NCBI GenBank assembly: GCA_949358305.1
Contig: OX442314.1
Location: 30,442,001 to 30,506,000 of the forward strand
Length of the DNA stretch: 64,000 nucleotides
DNA from: Strigamia acuminata
Taxonomy: Eukaryota
Direction: 5' to 3'
Below are positions 53,001 through 64,000 of the stretch, piece after piece (position 1 is the first letter of the stretch; the number at the start of each line of letters is the position of its first letter). The position numbers and the translations under genes are program-made. The notes below the pieces were generated by a model. That model had not been told where the DNA came from. It saw only the letters and a program-made list of their open reading frames with translations, and did not search any database.

Positions 53001-53543
53001 AATTTTCGTTACACGTGGTTTCAAATTATTTTTTGAGTACCAAACCTTTTATTTTCACAGTCCAGAACATTCTGGAAAACCTTGCAAAGGCAAACACCAC
53101 AGATATAAACTCTGCCATTTATCTCATCTTTGTCCCAACTTTAATCAACTATCAATTTCTGAGTATGCAACGCACATATGTTCGTCTGCAGCTGCTTCAG
53201 ATCAAGGACTTATTGGTAGTGGGGAACAACTGGAGGATTCAGATGGTAAAATAAATTTTCTTTTGAGTTTTTCTTAATATGCAGCAATACTGTTACAATT
53301 CGTAGCCAGCAAAGCTTGTTCTGTCTGGTGCTTGACTAATACTGGAGAAAGGATCGCTAGAAATTGGAAATTCCCAGACGGCACACAATGCAGGATGGGA
53401 AATGTCTCTGATGTTGTCAGGATGTATTGTGTTGAAGGAATGTGTGAAGTAAGCGAAGTAATTCGGACATTTAAAAAGAATTTTATTTTATTTTTATTTT
53501 TATTTTGCTCTAGATATTTGAGGAAAATGAACTGACTGATTAA
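50010..53543 (+). CDS. Short ADAMTS-like metalloprotease (M12B), multi-exon
   Basis: Candidate signal exon 50010-50090 (uncertain), prodomain AFGQ..L.L.PN/CHYHG, furin REKR, HELGHSMGMQHD at 52161, Met-turn IMSP, disintegrin-like, one TSP1 (WGQWSP..PC), Cys-rich PDGT.C; stop 53541-53543. Confidence 0.85.
51846..52020. repeat. ~25-bp minisatellite in an ADAMTS intron
   Basis: ctaactattattttacctaacaatat-type tandem units. Confidence 0.8.
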
Positions 53544-53669
53544 CGCCAGAATGTAACCAATAAAAATTCTACTAGAAATTTTTAAAACAATTTTTTTGTT
53601 TTTAATCTGTTTTATTTAAAATGTTAACCACAGACTGAAGCCCTGGTCTGTTCTGACAAAAAGTTTTTT

Positions 53670-55480
53670 CTTGATCTAAATTCCGACTCGAGATACGCGC
53701 TTCTATTACATTCCATGCGGATTGATCGATATTATCGCAAAACTTGTCTATCAATCTGATAATTGAGCACAAACTAATTGAATTGCACATAAAAAGTAAC
53801 AAACTCCTGAGATTTTGCAACACATCTACTACTTTCACTAGTTGTGAAATCAAATAGTGTGTTAGTTGCACAACGACGCAAAGACACTTCTTTGACATTC
53901 AACTGCTTAACGACACTTGCAAAATTAATTCAGCGATGGCAGCAAGCTCAGTCAATGTGACTAATAACTCCAGCTTATGTAGGTTCTTTAATCGAACCTT
54001 ATCAAACGAGAAATTTTGGCAAAAATCATTAAAAGTACAATTACTCAGTGTCAAACTCTGCAACAAGGGACAGCAGAGATCAATAAGACGAATATCGACA
54101 ATTGTGTTTTAATAAATTTATTATCACAACTTAGAAATATTTGTTATTTTTAATTACTTATTTAATTGCAAGTATTGACTGTGTTATCGACTCCTTTAGG
54201 TAATTTGAGACATCTAGCGATCTTTGCAAAGCTAGCACTTGGCACAGTTTACCACAGTTGGTATGCGCATTCCCACTGTATTACAGTGATCACTGCTAAC
54301 GAGCAGTGCTCTCACTCGCCATCGCCATCGAGGACCACCGTGAGAGTCTCCGGAGTCAGCCATCGCCGCCCGAGTGAGTGTGTTCTTGAAGGGAAACAAC
54401 GAAACCGCCATTTTCGTGCACAACAAGCCGTTGTGTGCCTTTTCTTTGTTTATTTCGTTTCATTGTTCATTCATAGTCATTATTATTATTCAACCTAGTT
54501 TAGTCATTATTTGTATTTAACCGAATAAATTAATATTATCTTTTTATCTCATTTAACTTGTATTAATTTTACTCCTAGACAACACCTTTAACCGTTTTAT
54601 TTCAGGACTAAGTCTATTAAATTAGCATCCGACCTGTGATTTAACCCGGATCGCAGCAAAGTGTTGTGTTGCCAAGGTGCAGATAATTTAGTTGTGTTGC
54701 GCAATGCTAATACAACGTTAGTATTAAAACTATGATTAACAGCTGATTTAGCAAAACATTGACGTAAATTTGGAAATATATACATCGTCTCACAACGTCC
54801 CACATCATCATGTATTAAATGCAGTGGCACGGGAGATCTCTTAGAACAAACAGACCCGTATAAAATGTCACATTTTTGTCTCGGATGTTTAAAAATTCGA
54901 TTTTTATGTCGCGCAATGAAATAACTCCAAGATGGATGACATTGCGGCAATGCGATGCGTCGAGATGTCGTAATTACGGACAGTGCGCGGTAATTTCCGA
55001 CACAACCATTAAGCTTGAAATTACGATGTTTAATTCGCGGTAGATTGTTGCACCAATGCGATTACACATTCTGGTTGAATTTTTTCGTTTTCTTCATTTT
55101 ATTCTATCACTAAATTCGAAAGTTGTTTGCAAACTTGCGCCATTTTATCGAAAAGCGGTCATCGTTGAATTTCAATTGGAACTCAATTAATTCATTTCGG
55201 CGTTGATAATAATTAATATTTAATATACATGTTTGGAAGACTCGATAGCGATGAGTGAATTTGGCCGTAACGTTCAGCTGTGAAAACACAATGTTTACAG
55301 ACACTCAGCCGACTTCCTGAGAGGCATCTTAAGTGGAGATCGGTCAAAGAATCATCAAGGAAAGATAATACGAACTCTTTCATGTGGGAACCGTGTAGTG
55401 CACATGATGTACTGGTAATGAAATAAACGTGCAGTCGTGCACTATACGTATCACTCACGGGGTAATGCAAGGAAGCAACA
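53670..55480 (-). pseudogene. Decayed leucine-rich-repeat (F-box/LRR-like) gene split by an LTR-like insertion
   Basis: Manual translation gives HCP*LRHLDASHCRNV, IEFLNIRDKNVT, CCPLLQSLTLSNC, LKNLHKLEL and LQNLRSLLLFMCNSIS, with stops and frameshifts. Confidence 0.55.
54167..54584 (+). mobile_element. LTR-like dispersed repeat
   Basis: TG...CA ends, aataaa near the 3' end, homologous to 23337-23690. Confidence 0.6.
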
Positions 55481-56525
55481 ACCGTAAATCGAGTTTACTC
55501 ATCCTAATAAAATCGCTGTATTTTGATTTTAACCGCCCAAAAAAAATTTTTTATCTATAATTTTAATATTTCCTTCAAATGTGGCTTGTTAATATCTTCA
55601 TTTGACTAATTTGTAAGTGATTTCGATCTGCGGTGACTGCTTTTGATCCTTTGGTCGGCGTGCTTACTTTGACTTTGATCTTGTGGTTTCCGTTCCATGT
55701 CCGATGGGAGTAATTGGTAATTAGAGATTATATCAGTGGATTTGATTCAAATTCTGATGAAAAAGTAGACCGCAAAGTCAACTGTAAGTGTGAACCAGGC
55801 TTAATTCAGCATGAAAACTATAGAAATGTCAATCAGACAATTTCATTCGTATTGTGTTAACTCTCTGTATATTTGATGGGTTGTTTAATTTTGTAGTTTG
55901 CTTAGCAACAATAATTTTTGAATTAAACCAATTGGTTTACAAAATTGTATGTTCGTTCTAAGTTTCCGTAGATTTTTAGTTTTATCACGTGACTCCGTAG
56001 AAAAGATGGCCGCCGTTTTTCCCCCACTGGTGTGAAGCGTACAGTAATACTGCAAGTTTTAGATCTTTAATCACCATTATTGCACATTATTTTAACAAAA
56101 CTAAGTTAAATGTCTTTTGTTTTTAGATTATCACATTTTTGGAGGCAAATGGCTATTACTAGAGACCAGGCTTCGATTAAAACCAGACGTAGTTATTTGA
56201 GGGATTTACGCAGGTTAGTGCTTTGTTTACTGTGTGGTTTTAGAACCGTTGAATTCCTTTATATCCTTATAAATAAATTCAAATTTTATATCACAAAAGC
56301 ATACAAAAGTCATAATTTCTAAAAAGAAAAGAAAAATTAGGTAGTAATAAATGTATAACAGGTTTTCTTACACTCCTTCATGCACATGGGAAATAAATAT
56401 AAAACTATAAAAAAAATGTAGGGCTCATGTTGCAAGAAAGTAACATTTGTTCACTTCACATGTCTAACTGCACATATTCCACACAGTGGAATCACTAAAT
56501 TAGAAGTCCATTCATCAATCATTCT

Positions 56526-59500
56526 TCAGACACAATAGATGACCAGTAAACAAAAAAATAGAGAAATCTGCCATGTTAGTTGAGAAGCCCCTGATTCATA
56601 ATTGACAGGATGTCTTGTATCTAATAAGAAAAAAAATCAATAAATCAATAAAATAAATATCAATTTTTAATTAAAAATTAAAAATATTACCTGAAATAAT
56701 TTCCCAAGGCGGAGTGGGAGGTTTAGTGATGTGTATCGACTTTCTCGTCGTTTGCTCTCGTCTAGTCGGCGAAAATGTTTTCCCGGACAGACTTGTGCCC
56801 CTACTGGATGTTGGCAGTGTGACCGGTGGTAATCCAAAGTCACAATCAGCTGCAAATAAATTAAAATATTCCAAAATTGTTTATTAGCAATCTTCACAAT
56901 TTTGCATAATCTCTAACTGGGTCAAATTTTTTCACATTTTTGAAATGCTCTCACTTAGTTTACTAGTACTACATTGGTTTCATTCATCTCACTCAAATGG
57001 TCTTTTCGTTATTTGACTGGCTTCGTTCATTTGGGACACCCTGTATATACCGTATATCTTCCAATAATACCCCCGAGCGGTATATGAAAAAAAAAAGGTT
57101 CAAGGTTCGCGTGTTATTTGCAAAAAAAAATCTTTCACCGCGTATTACTGGAGGTCTGCGCGCAATTAGAGACCCGCAGACAATTGGAAGATATACGGTA
57201 GGCCTACGCCCGTACTTCGCTCACTATCGTTCTCACAGTGTTTTATCGAGTATATTTACCTTTTTTGGTCATTTGCATGCCAAACTTGGACAGATCTATT
57301 CCACGCATGCAATTTACATCTGCTTCCATGATCTGTATGACAGTTTCACTAATGATTGTTCCTAACTATAAAGAAAGAAAGATTTAGAATCATCAAATCC
57401 ACATTTAACATGAAAACTTACAAAGCACTGAAAGCCATTCACATCCCGTCTCTCAGTATATGTATAAGTTAAACCATTTTCTTCCCATTGACCCAAACAC
57501 TTATATTCTCGCTCTAATAATGATAATAATCCAAGTTAGAGGTGACAAATTTATAATCCATGTAAGATTATAGATGTAACACTAATTTACCTTCATAAAT
57601 CTCACTGCGGTTAAGGCAATTACTGGCAGTATAAAACATGATATCGGGGTTATTACAATCCGACGCTAATTTAGCACAGATTCTTGGAGCATCCGGAACT
57701 AAACCTGTGTACTCCCCAGCTATGGGACATGGTGTGTCAGGCACTAGACCTTGTCCTACAATGAGAAAAAAATAATTGTATTGAAATTTTGATGGGCAAA
57801 ATTCTTTTTTTTTTCCCAGTGAAAACTCGTGGATATCCAAAGTCACAAGATTTTGCAGTTTTTATGATAACCATATTTAATATACATTTATAAATCCCGG
57901 AAGTATCTCAGGACATATGGGAACGAAGGAACGGCAAACAAAGAGATGCAGTTTGGTCCAAGGGCAGCCTTGAATGACCCACAGATTACAACTAAGGGTG
58001 CGTTTGGATCCAGTTCAAAAAATTTCGGATGGATAAACCAATTATTCAATCCTATCCTCATTCAATTCAAACCGTGCGGATTGCGGATAGGATTGAGTCC
58101 CAAACGTCTCAAACTGATGAATTAAGTGCAAAAATAACCAAAAAAAGTTGAATTAAGTGCAAAACTGACCAAAAAAAGTTGAATTAAGTGCAAAACTGAC
58201 CAAAAAAAGTTGAATTAAGTGCAAAACTGACCAAAAAAAGTTGAATTAAGTGCAAAACTGACCAAAAAAAGTCGAAAAAAGTGGAAAAATGTTGTGGGGG
58301 AATTTTCTTGCGCAGTTGAGGAAAGTCATAAGAAATAAAGCAATGTTTCTTTTGTTTACTCACTTCCTAATGTAATCCAGGACTTTGAGTTGAATTGTTT
58401 GTCATGACAAATAGAGTCGTTGTACTGCACTTCTGGAAATTGACCTGAAACAATTTTTTTAAAAGGAAAACGAAATTAACATAAAATGTATTTTCATTTT
58501 TCAATGCAATTAAATGGGATAAGTTTTATTATTTTTTTTTCTTGAACACAAAGCATTTAATTCATTCAGCACTTTAATGGTCTATATTATTCCATTTTTT
58601 CTTGTTGTTGGTTACAGTCATGGCAGAACAAATTGGTGAATAGAGCAATTATTTCTGCTAGCATTTTGCTTGCTCAAAAAAAAATTGAGAGGGAAAAAAT
58701 ATGAAGGAAAGGCAAGTATGGTTCAAGGTCAGTGATTTACCTATTTGGAATTCTATAATGTGATCGCTTCGGTGACTCAATTCCAGGCACGTATATAATT
58801 CATCGCCGCTAGAAAGAAAAATCAAAATATTTAATCAAACTGTTCTATTTTCTAGTCCACATCGAAGAGAAGAAACCGTTAAAAATAAAAATAAAAATAT
58901 GAAGCCGCTCTTTGCGAAAGTGCGATATAAGATATGAAGCAAAATATTAATTGTATGAATAACAAAAAACATCGTTGATTTGTCAATGTTCCACAATTAC
59001 CATTGTGATCGCATGTACACTTTGAATCTGTCCTGTGGTTGATTGATCTCTTTAGTCATGCATTTAATGGTATATGTCTTGAAATTTCGATGATCCTTGA
59101 ATGTAATTATTCCACCTTCAACTTCTAAGTTTGTCCATGGTCCTTGAGCCCATGGTGGGAACCGGCATTCAGATACCAATGCTATTGGTGGCCAGCTTGG
59201 TGGTAAAGCTATATAAAGACATTTTACTTATAATTGTAGGGAACTTGCAGTATAAAATTGTGGCCAAATTTACTTACTTAGCATTAAAGAATATGTCTCT
59301 GCTCCCATGCTACTATTCATAAGATAATCATTAGTGCATGTTGAATCTTTTGACAATGCCAGAGAAATCTTCCCACTTGATTTATCTTCATAATACATCT
59401 GCAAAAAGTTCGTTTATATGTTTTTAAGTCTTAGAGAAAATGAGGAGTTTAATTAATAGGATTAATTAAGAACAAACTTACAGCGCAACGGTATTTTGGA

Positions 59501-62500
59501 TTCTCAGTCGGATTAATCGGTACATTTGGTTGACCCTCTAGTAAAGCTAAATATCGTTCTTCGTTGGGTCCCTCCCAATCTCCAAGACACTGGTAATGTA
59601 ATTCTGCAACAATAATTAATTGATATAAAAACATCTATCTCAATGTGAACTTTGTTTTGATAATAAATAAACTGATTTTAATTATCGTTTTGACCACTGA
59701 CGAATGGTTTGATCGAAAGGTTTAAAATTGCAGTTAAACAGGTGAATATACCTTCATCAGGGAATGAACATTGCTTGAACTTTGCACATAGTGAAAAGCC
59801 GTATGGGCAATTGCTGAATTCTGCAGTTGGTACTTGGCAATGTCTGCTTCTGTCTACGCTGGATGAATAAGTGGCTTTGAAGCGTCCATTGATGGGACAA
59901 TAGGATTGCAGGACAACAATTTCAGGGTTGGGTTTTTCTGGAAAAGACCACAAATTATTTCCACTTGAATAATTTTCGTATAAAAAGAAAATTACTACAT
60001 CATTGTGCTTGAAACAATCATCTGGCAATCGGCCACGTGTACACAAACATATTATTTCTATTCCATTTTTATCTTTAGTTTTATTGTATGCAAATGGATG
60101 GGTGGGAAAAGAAATCCTAACACAATGATGATGTTTTCCATCTATTTGAGCTTAAAATTTCAGAGTCATTGAACCTTGGTATACTATGTGAAATGGATGG
60201 GCTAAAACTGTTATCACATAATTAATCATTTTTTCTCAAAGAAAAAATTGTTGATTTGAATTGGACAATTTTTTGGTTACAATTTTGGAAAATTGAAATA
60301 TATAGTTTAGTTGCCGGACCGTATACTAGCGAAGTAATTATATCGCTTACTGTATAGCATAATTTCCTTAGTTGTTTTGCTGGCTATTGAAGACTCAGTA
60401 GGACATGATGTCCTTGCTGATTCTTCATCCATATAACATTTTTCCAGACCTAAATTTAAAATAAATAAAAAATATATATAAAAAAAAAAATTCAACTTAA
60501 AAAAAAAAACAAAAAAAAAAAAAAAACTTACCATGTGAATAAACCTGAAGAACATTATTAGACCTTACTAATATAACAATACACCTAAAGCACTGGGTCC
60601 TAAAAAAAATAAAATAAAAAAATTTTATTGAAATAAAAACTATAAAAAAAAAAAGCAATTTAAAAATCCCAGAAGCCATTTTGGTCTTTTTTTACACTTC
60701 CAATAATAATTTTAAGCTTGACTGCTTCAAGTAATGATTAGTTCAACACTGATAAATTCCAAAGTGAAAAAGTTTCAAATTTCAACTGTTTTTCTTTAAT
60801 AACAGTTGCTTCACACCATAATTGGACACCTGGGTTTCTTCAAGAGTTGTGGGTGGACAATATTTGACACCATACACACAATTATAATACAAAAAAAAAG
60901 AACTTATTTCCAATTTTAATGCACAAAACTAGTTTTATTACATTTTAACCTTAAAAACTGAAAAATTCCCAACTCCCTGGATCTAATTACAAATTGCTCA
61001 TGCGCAATTGAGCCATTGTTTTCCAGCAGTGCATCTTTTTCCCATTACATGCCACCTGTGACTCGAGATGCTTATCTGTTTCGCTCCGTAGTGTCTTGTA
61101 ATTTGTCCATGCCCATCCGTTCCGCGCATGGATCACCGGATGCAAGCGGCACCCCATTCTTAGGACCTAGCCAGTAAAGCGCGTAGAATGTCAATGACGC
61201 TTTAATTGCGTTTAATCCAAGCGTGCAAACCAAGCGCCTTTAGGCCACGCGCACTCGTCATACCTAACTTATCTTCTTTCTTTCTCTTTTTTTCCGCCTT
61301 GTGTAATTCTACTTTAGCAATCGGTTTAATTGTCGAACTGGATAACTCAAGGTCTTTGAGTGTTTCAATGTCAAGGTGGATAAAACCCTGTAGTCATGAA
61401 ATACCAAACTAGATTCTTCGTTAAATGCAAAAGCCCCGAACAAATGCAAAACTGGACAGCGGAGTTACAGGTTTTCGCTATTCTAATAAAGTTGCTGACC
61501 GAAAATCCGTTAACTTATGCTAATTTTAGGGTATATTCCTTTTGATTCAACAATACAGCTTCAGGAGTACATTTTATTCAATAAAGATCCCTTAGACCTT
61601 TACCGATTGGTAACGGCAACGACAAGTTTTCGCGAAGGTAATGGTTACAGTAACACTTCCGCAACTGGATCTTATATCAGTCATCCAATCATTGTAGCTA
61701 AGCCCGATGGGACTTATCGACTGTGTATAGATTATCGTTGGTTGAATGTGGTTATCGAAATTAATGCTATCCAAATGCCAAGTATCAATCTGTTGATCCA
61801 TCTTAACAATCTCTAGACTAGGTAAAAGGATGTTATTAAGTAGAAATGGAAAAGCAAAAGACTGAATTCAATGCAGATGTCTTTCGGTTTATGTAATGCA
61901 CCATGTACGTTCCAAATTTGATGAATAAGGTATGGGCCATGTGTTCATTGCACTGCTATTTAACTGTAACAGCGAGGCGTGGGCGGTAAATTTTTTGCAC
62001 GAGTGCGGTACGGTATTCACCAAATACCACAATGAATGCGCTATACCTCAAATACAGCATCAATAACGCAATACCGCAAATACCACATCAATACCACAAA
62101 TATCGCAAATGGAACAAAACGATGAAAATTAAACTTGAAATGGAACAAAATAATAAAAATCAAATTTGAAACTGAAGAAAGCGATAAAAATTAAACTTAA
62201 AACTGACCAAAACTATAAAAACCAACACATTTGTGATGACTGACGACGCGATGTTGATGTGATATTCGCTATTGGTGTAATATTCGATATTGTGGTATTG
62301 ATGCGGTATTTGCGGTATTGCAATATTGCGGTATTGATGCGGTGTTGCGGTATATCGTTTTGCGTTAGTTTGGTGGATACCGCGATATTACGTCGCAAAA
62401 AAATACTGCGGTATAAATACCGCTACGGCACAGAAGGCTAGTAACAGCCCATATTGGCGGACTGGCCAGGGTGGAAGCTTGCCCAATATTTTTACAAATA

Positions 62501-63249
62501 TAATAGTAGTTCCAATATTATCACTGTACACAACTAGAATTTACGTGCAGATAGGCCCCGTTGTCTCCTGACAACCAATAGTTTTAGACCCAGTCTGGCA
62601 CTCGTAACGGCAACAACATTGTATTTTTTTATTGAAATAAACAGCTTGATACTAGCAATATACCTACCACATAATAACACCATTCATAAATACCATAGAA
62701 TTATCCCAACCTGACACCTGGTGTCAATACAGATAAAAAAAAATTGTAAAAAAATGTGTGGTCTGTGGTTGTTGATAGATTTTGACACGCAATCTAATTT
62801 TAATTTGATGTTTCATCAAGAGTGGTCTAACATAAATTCTTTATTTTTTTGTTGTTAAAATTCTCCTTTTGTTGTTTCAATCTTCTCTATTTTTTTGTCT
62901 TGCACTTCTTCTGAACCCCTGAGACCTCCAGGACTAGAGATTATAACAAACAGGATTCCCAGCAATTCCCTTCTTTCTCTTGTGCACAAATTTTTAATTT
63001 CTACACTCATTTCCGTTTCGAAGACACGCAACACACAGACACAAAGCACCAATTAACTTATTAAAACTCACTGTTCTCGTTCTCTGAGGATCACGCTGTT
63101 GCCGATCTTCCTGTAACATTCGCCCCAAATTGGAATCCCGTCCGCGACCACCATCACCTCGGACAACATCGGAGGTGACCGCGACGTCGCCGGCAAAAGC
63201 CCCATAAACACTCCTTGGTATTCATCTGCCAGATAACAGATACAAGTCA
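56526..63249 (-). CDS. Cys-rich repeat extracellular protein, possible GPI anchor (5' end not located)
   Basis: Multiple exons with duplicated modules CPINGRF/CPIAGEY, YQCLGDW/YKCLGQW, CRFPPWAQGPW; Thr/Pro stalk; hydrophobic C-terminus ...ISLFFCLLVIYCV*. Confidence 0.78.
57050..57198. mobile_element. 149-bp MITE
   Basis: TIR ccgtatatcttccaat / attggaagatatacgg, TA TSD. Confidence 0.8.
58119..58272. repeat. 31-bp minisatellite
   Basis: gaattaagtgcaaaactgaccaaaaaaagtt, about 5 units. Confidence 0.88.
61517..61935 (+). mobile_element. Decayed Gypsy reverse-transcriptase fragment
   Basis: SHPIIVAKPDGTYRLCIDYRWLN followed by MSFGLCNAPCTFQ, interrupted. Confidence 0.8.
61974..62440. mobile_element. 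hAT-like MITE with subterminal ataccgc/gcggtat arrays
   Basis: 8-bp flanking duplication gtaacagc; inverted subterminal motif arrays; degenerate TIRs. Confidence 0.6.
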
Positions 63250-63299
63250 CTGAAAAGAAACAAAAATACAAGGAAAAATTAATATTAGCCCTAAACACG

Positions 63300-63422
63300 A
63301 AAATAGGCCTAAAAGTGAAAATAGGCCTAAAAGTGAAAATAAGCCTACAATTTAAAATAGGCCTAAAATTTAAAATAGGCCTAAAATTTAAAATTGGCCT
63401 AAAATTTAAAATAGGCCTAAAC
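63300..63422. repeat. 18-bp minisatellite (aaaataggcctaaaattt)
   Basis: About 6-7 tandem units. Confidence 0.85.
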
Positions 63423-64000
63423 TAGACTTCAAGCTAGACTTTGACCGATATCCAAATTTTACCGATTATCGAACAAACAAGATGTATGACGTCGCAGGCT
63501 ATAAGTCTAGACAAAGACTTGATCCTAATGAAGCTGTATTTTTTTTAGTGTTAAAAATGCCATTCCAGCAGGTGTTGTAAAATAAATGCGGTAATTAAAA
63601 TACAATTTATAAATGCGCCATTAAATATTTATTATTTAGCACCTGTATGTATACATACGGTAATAAGTTTTTCTTGTGTTTTTGACAAACGGAAATGGCT
63701 TTTTAAAGACGACGGCATTAGCGAAGGGGTGGAAAAAAATGTCTGCGTTTATGTGGATTAGGCCTTATTTGGTGATAATTTCATTCATTCACATTTTTCT
63801 CGTCACACTTTCATTCATGAGAACGGAAAGGGGGTGAAAGAGGAAGACGAGGGGTGATATGAGCTTGAATGAAGTTGTGAACACTAGGGGGAATTTAAAT
63901 TCTCACGGTGCAAGTAAACCGAGGTGTAAAGAGGTTATGGAAAATGTCAAAAAAGAAGTGACGGAATACCCATATATATAAATATTGATAACACAATGAC

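Noticed and set aside
59690..59725. Hammerhead-like ctgacga...gaaa
   Set aside because: No pairing stem II or flanking stems visible.

Overview
Eukaryotic, AT-rich, intron-dense genomic window. The gene content suggests an arthropod, but the species cannot be determined from the sequence. Bases ~293-37069 hold a head-to-tail array of seven 13-exon CYP3-clan cytochrome P450 genes that appear intact by eye. Their introns and spacers are full of transposons: a full-length Gypsy element with identical LTRs, a decayed Tc1 element, several MITEs, solo LTRs and a 5S-derived SINE-like piece. Downstream lie KATNAL2 (+), a very divergent rhodopsin-class GPCR (-), a short ADAMTS-like metalloprotease (+), a decayed LRR pseudogene (-) and a Cys-rich repeat surface protein (-, 5' end not located). 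Most interesting: (1) the array uses two interchangeable membrane-anchor first exons, each preceded by a same-orientation CTCF-like motif; (2) two different Tc1/mariner elements sit at the same paralogous TATA site; (3) paralog divergence concentrates in substrate-recognition sites on a gene-conversion mosaic background; (4) the young Gypsy ORF has unusual N- and C-terminal extensions. All exon models were read manually.
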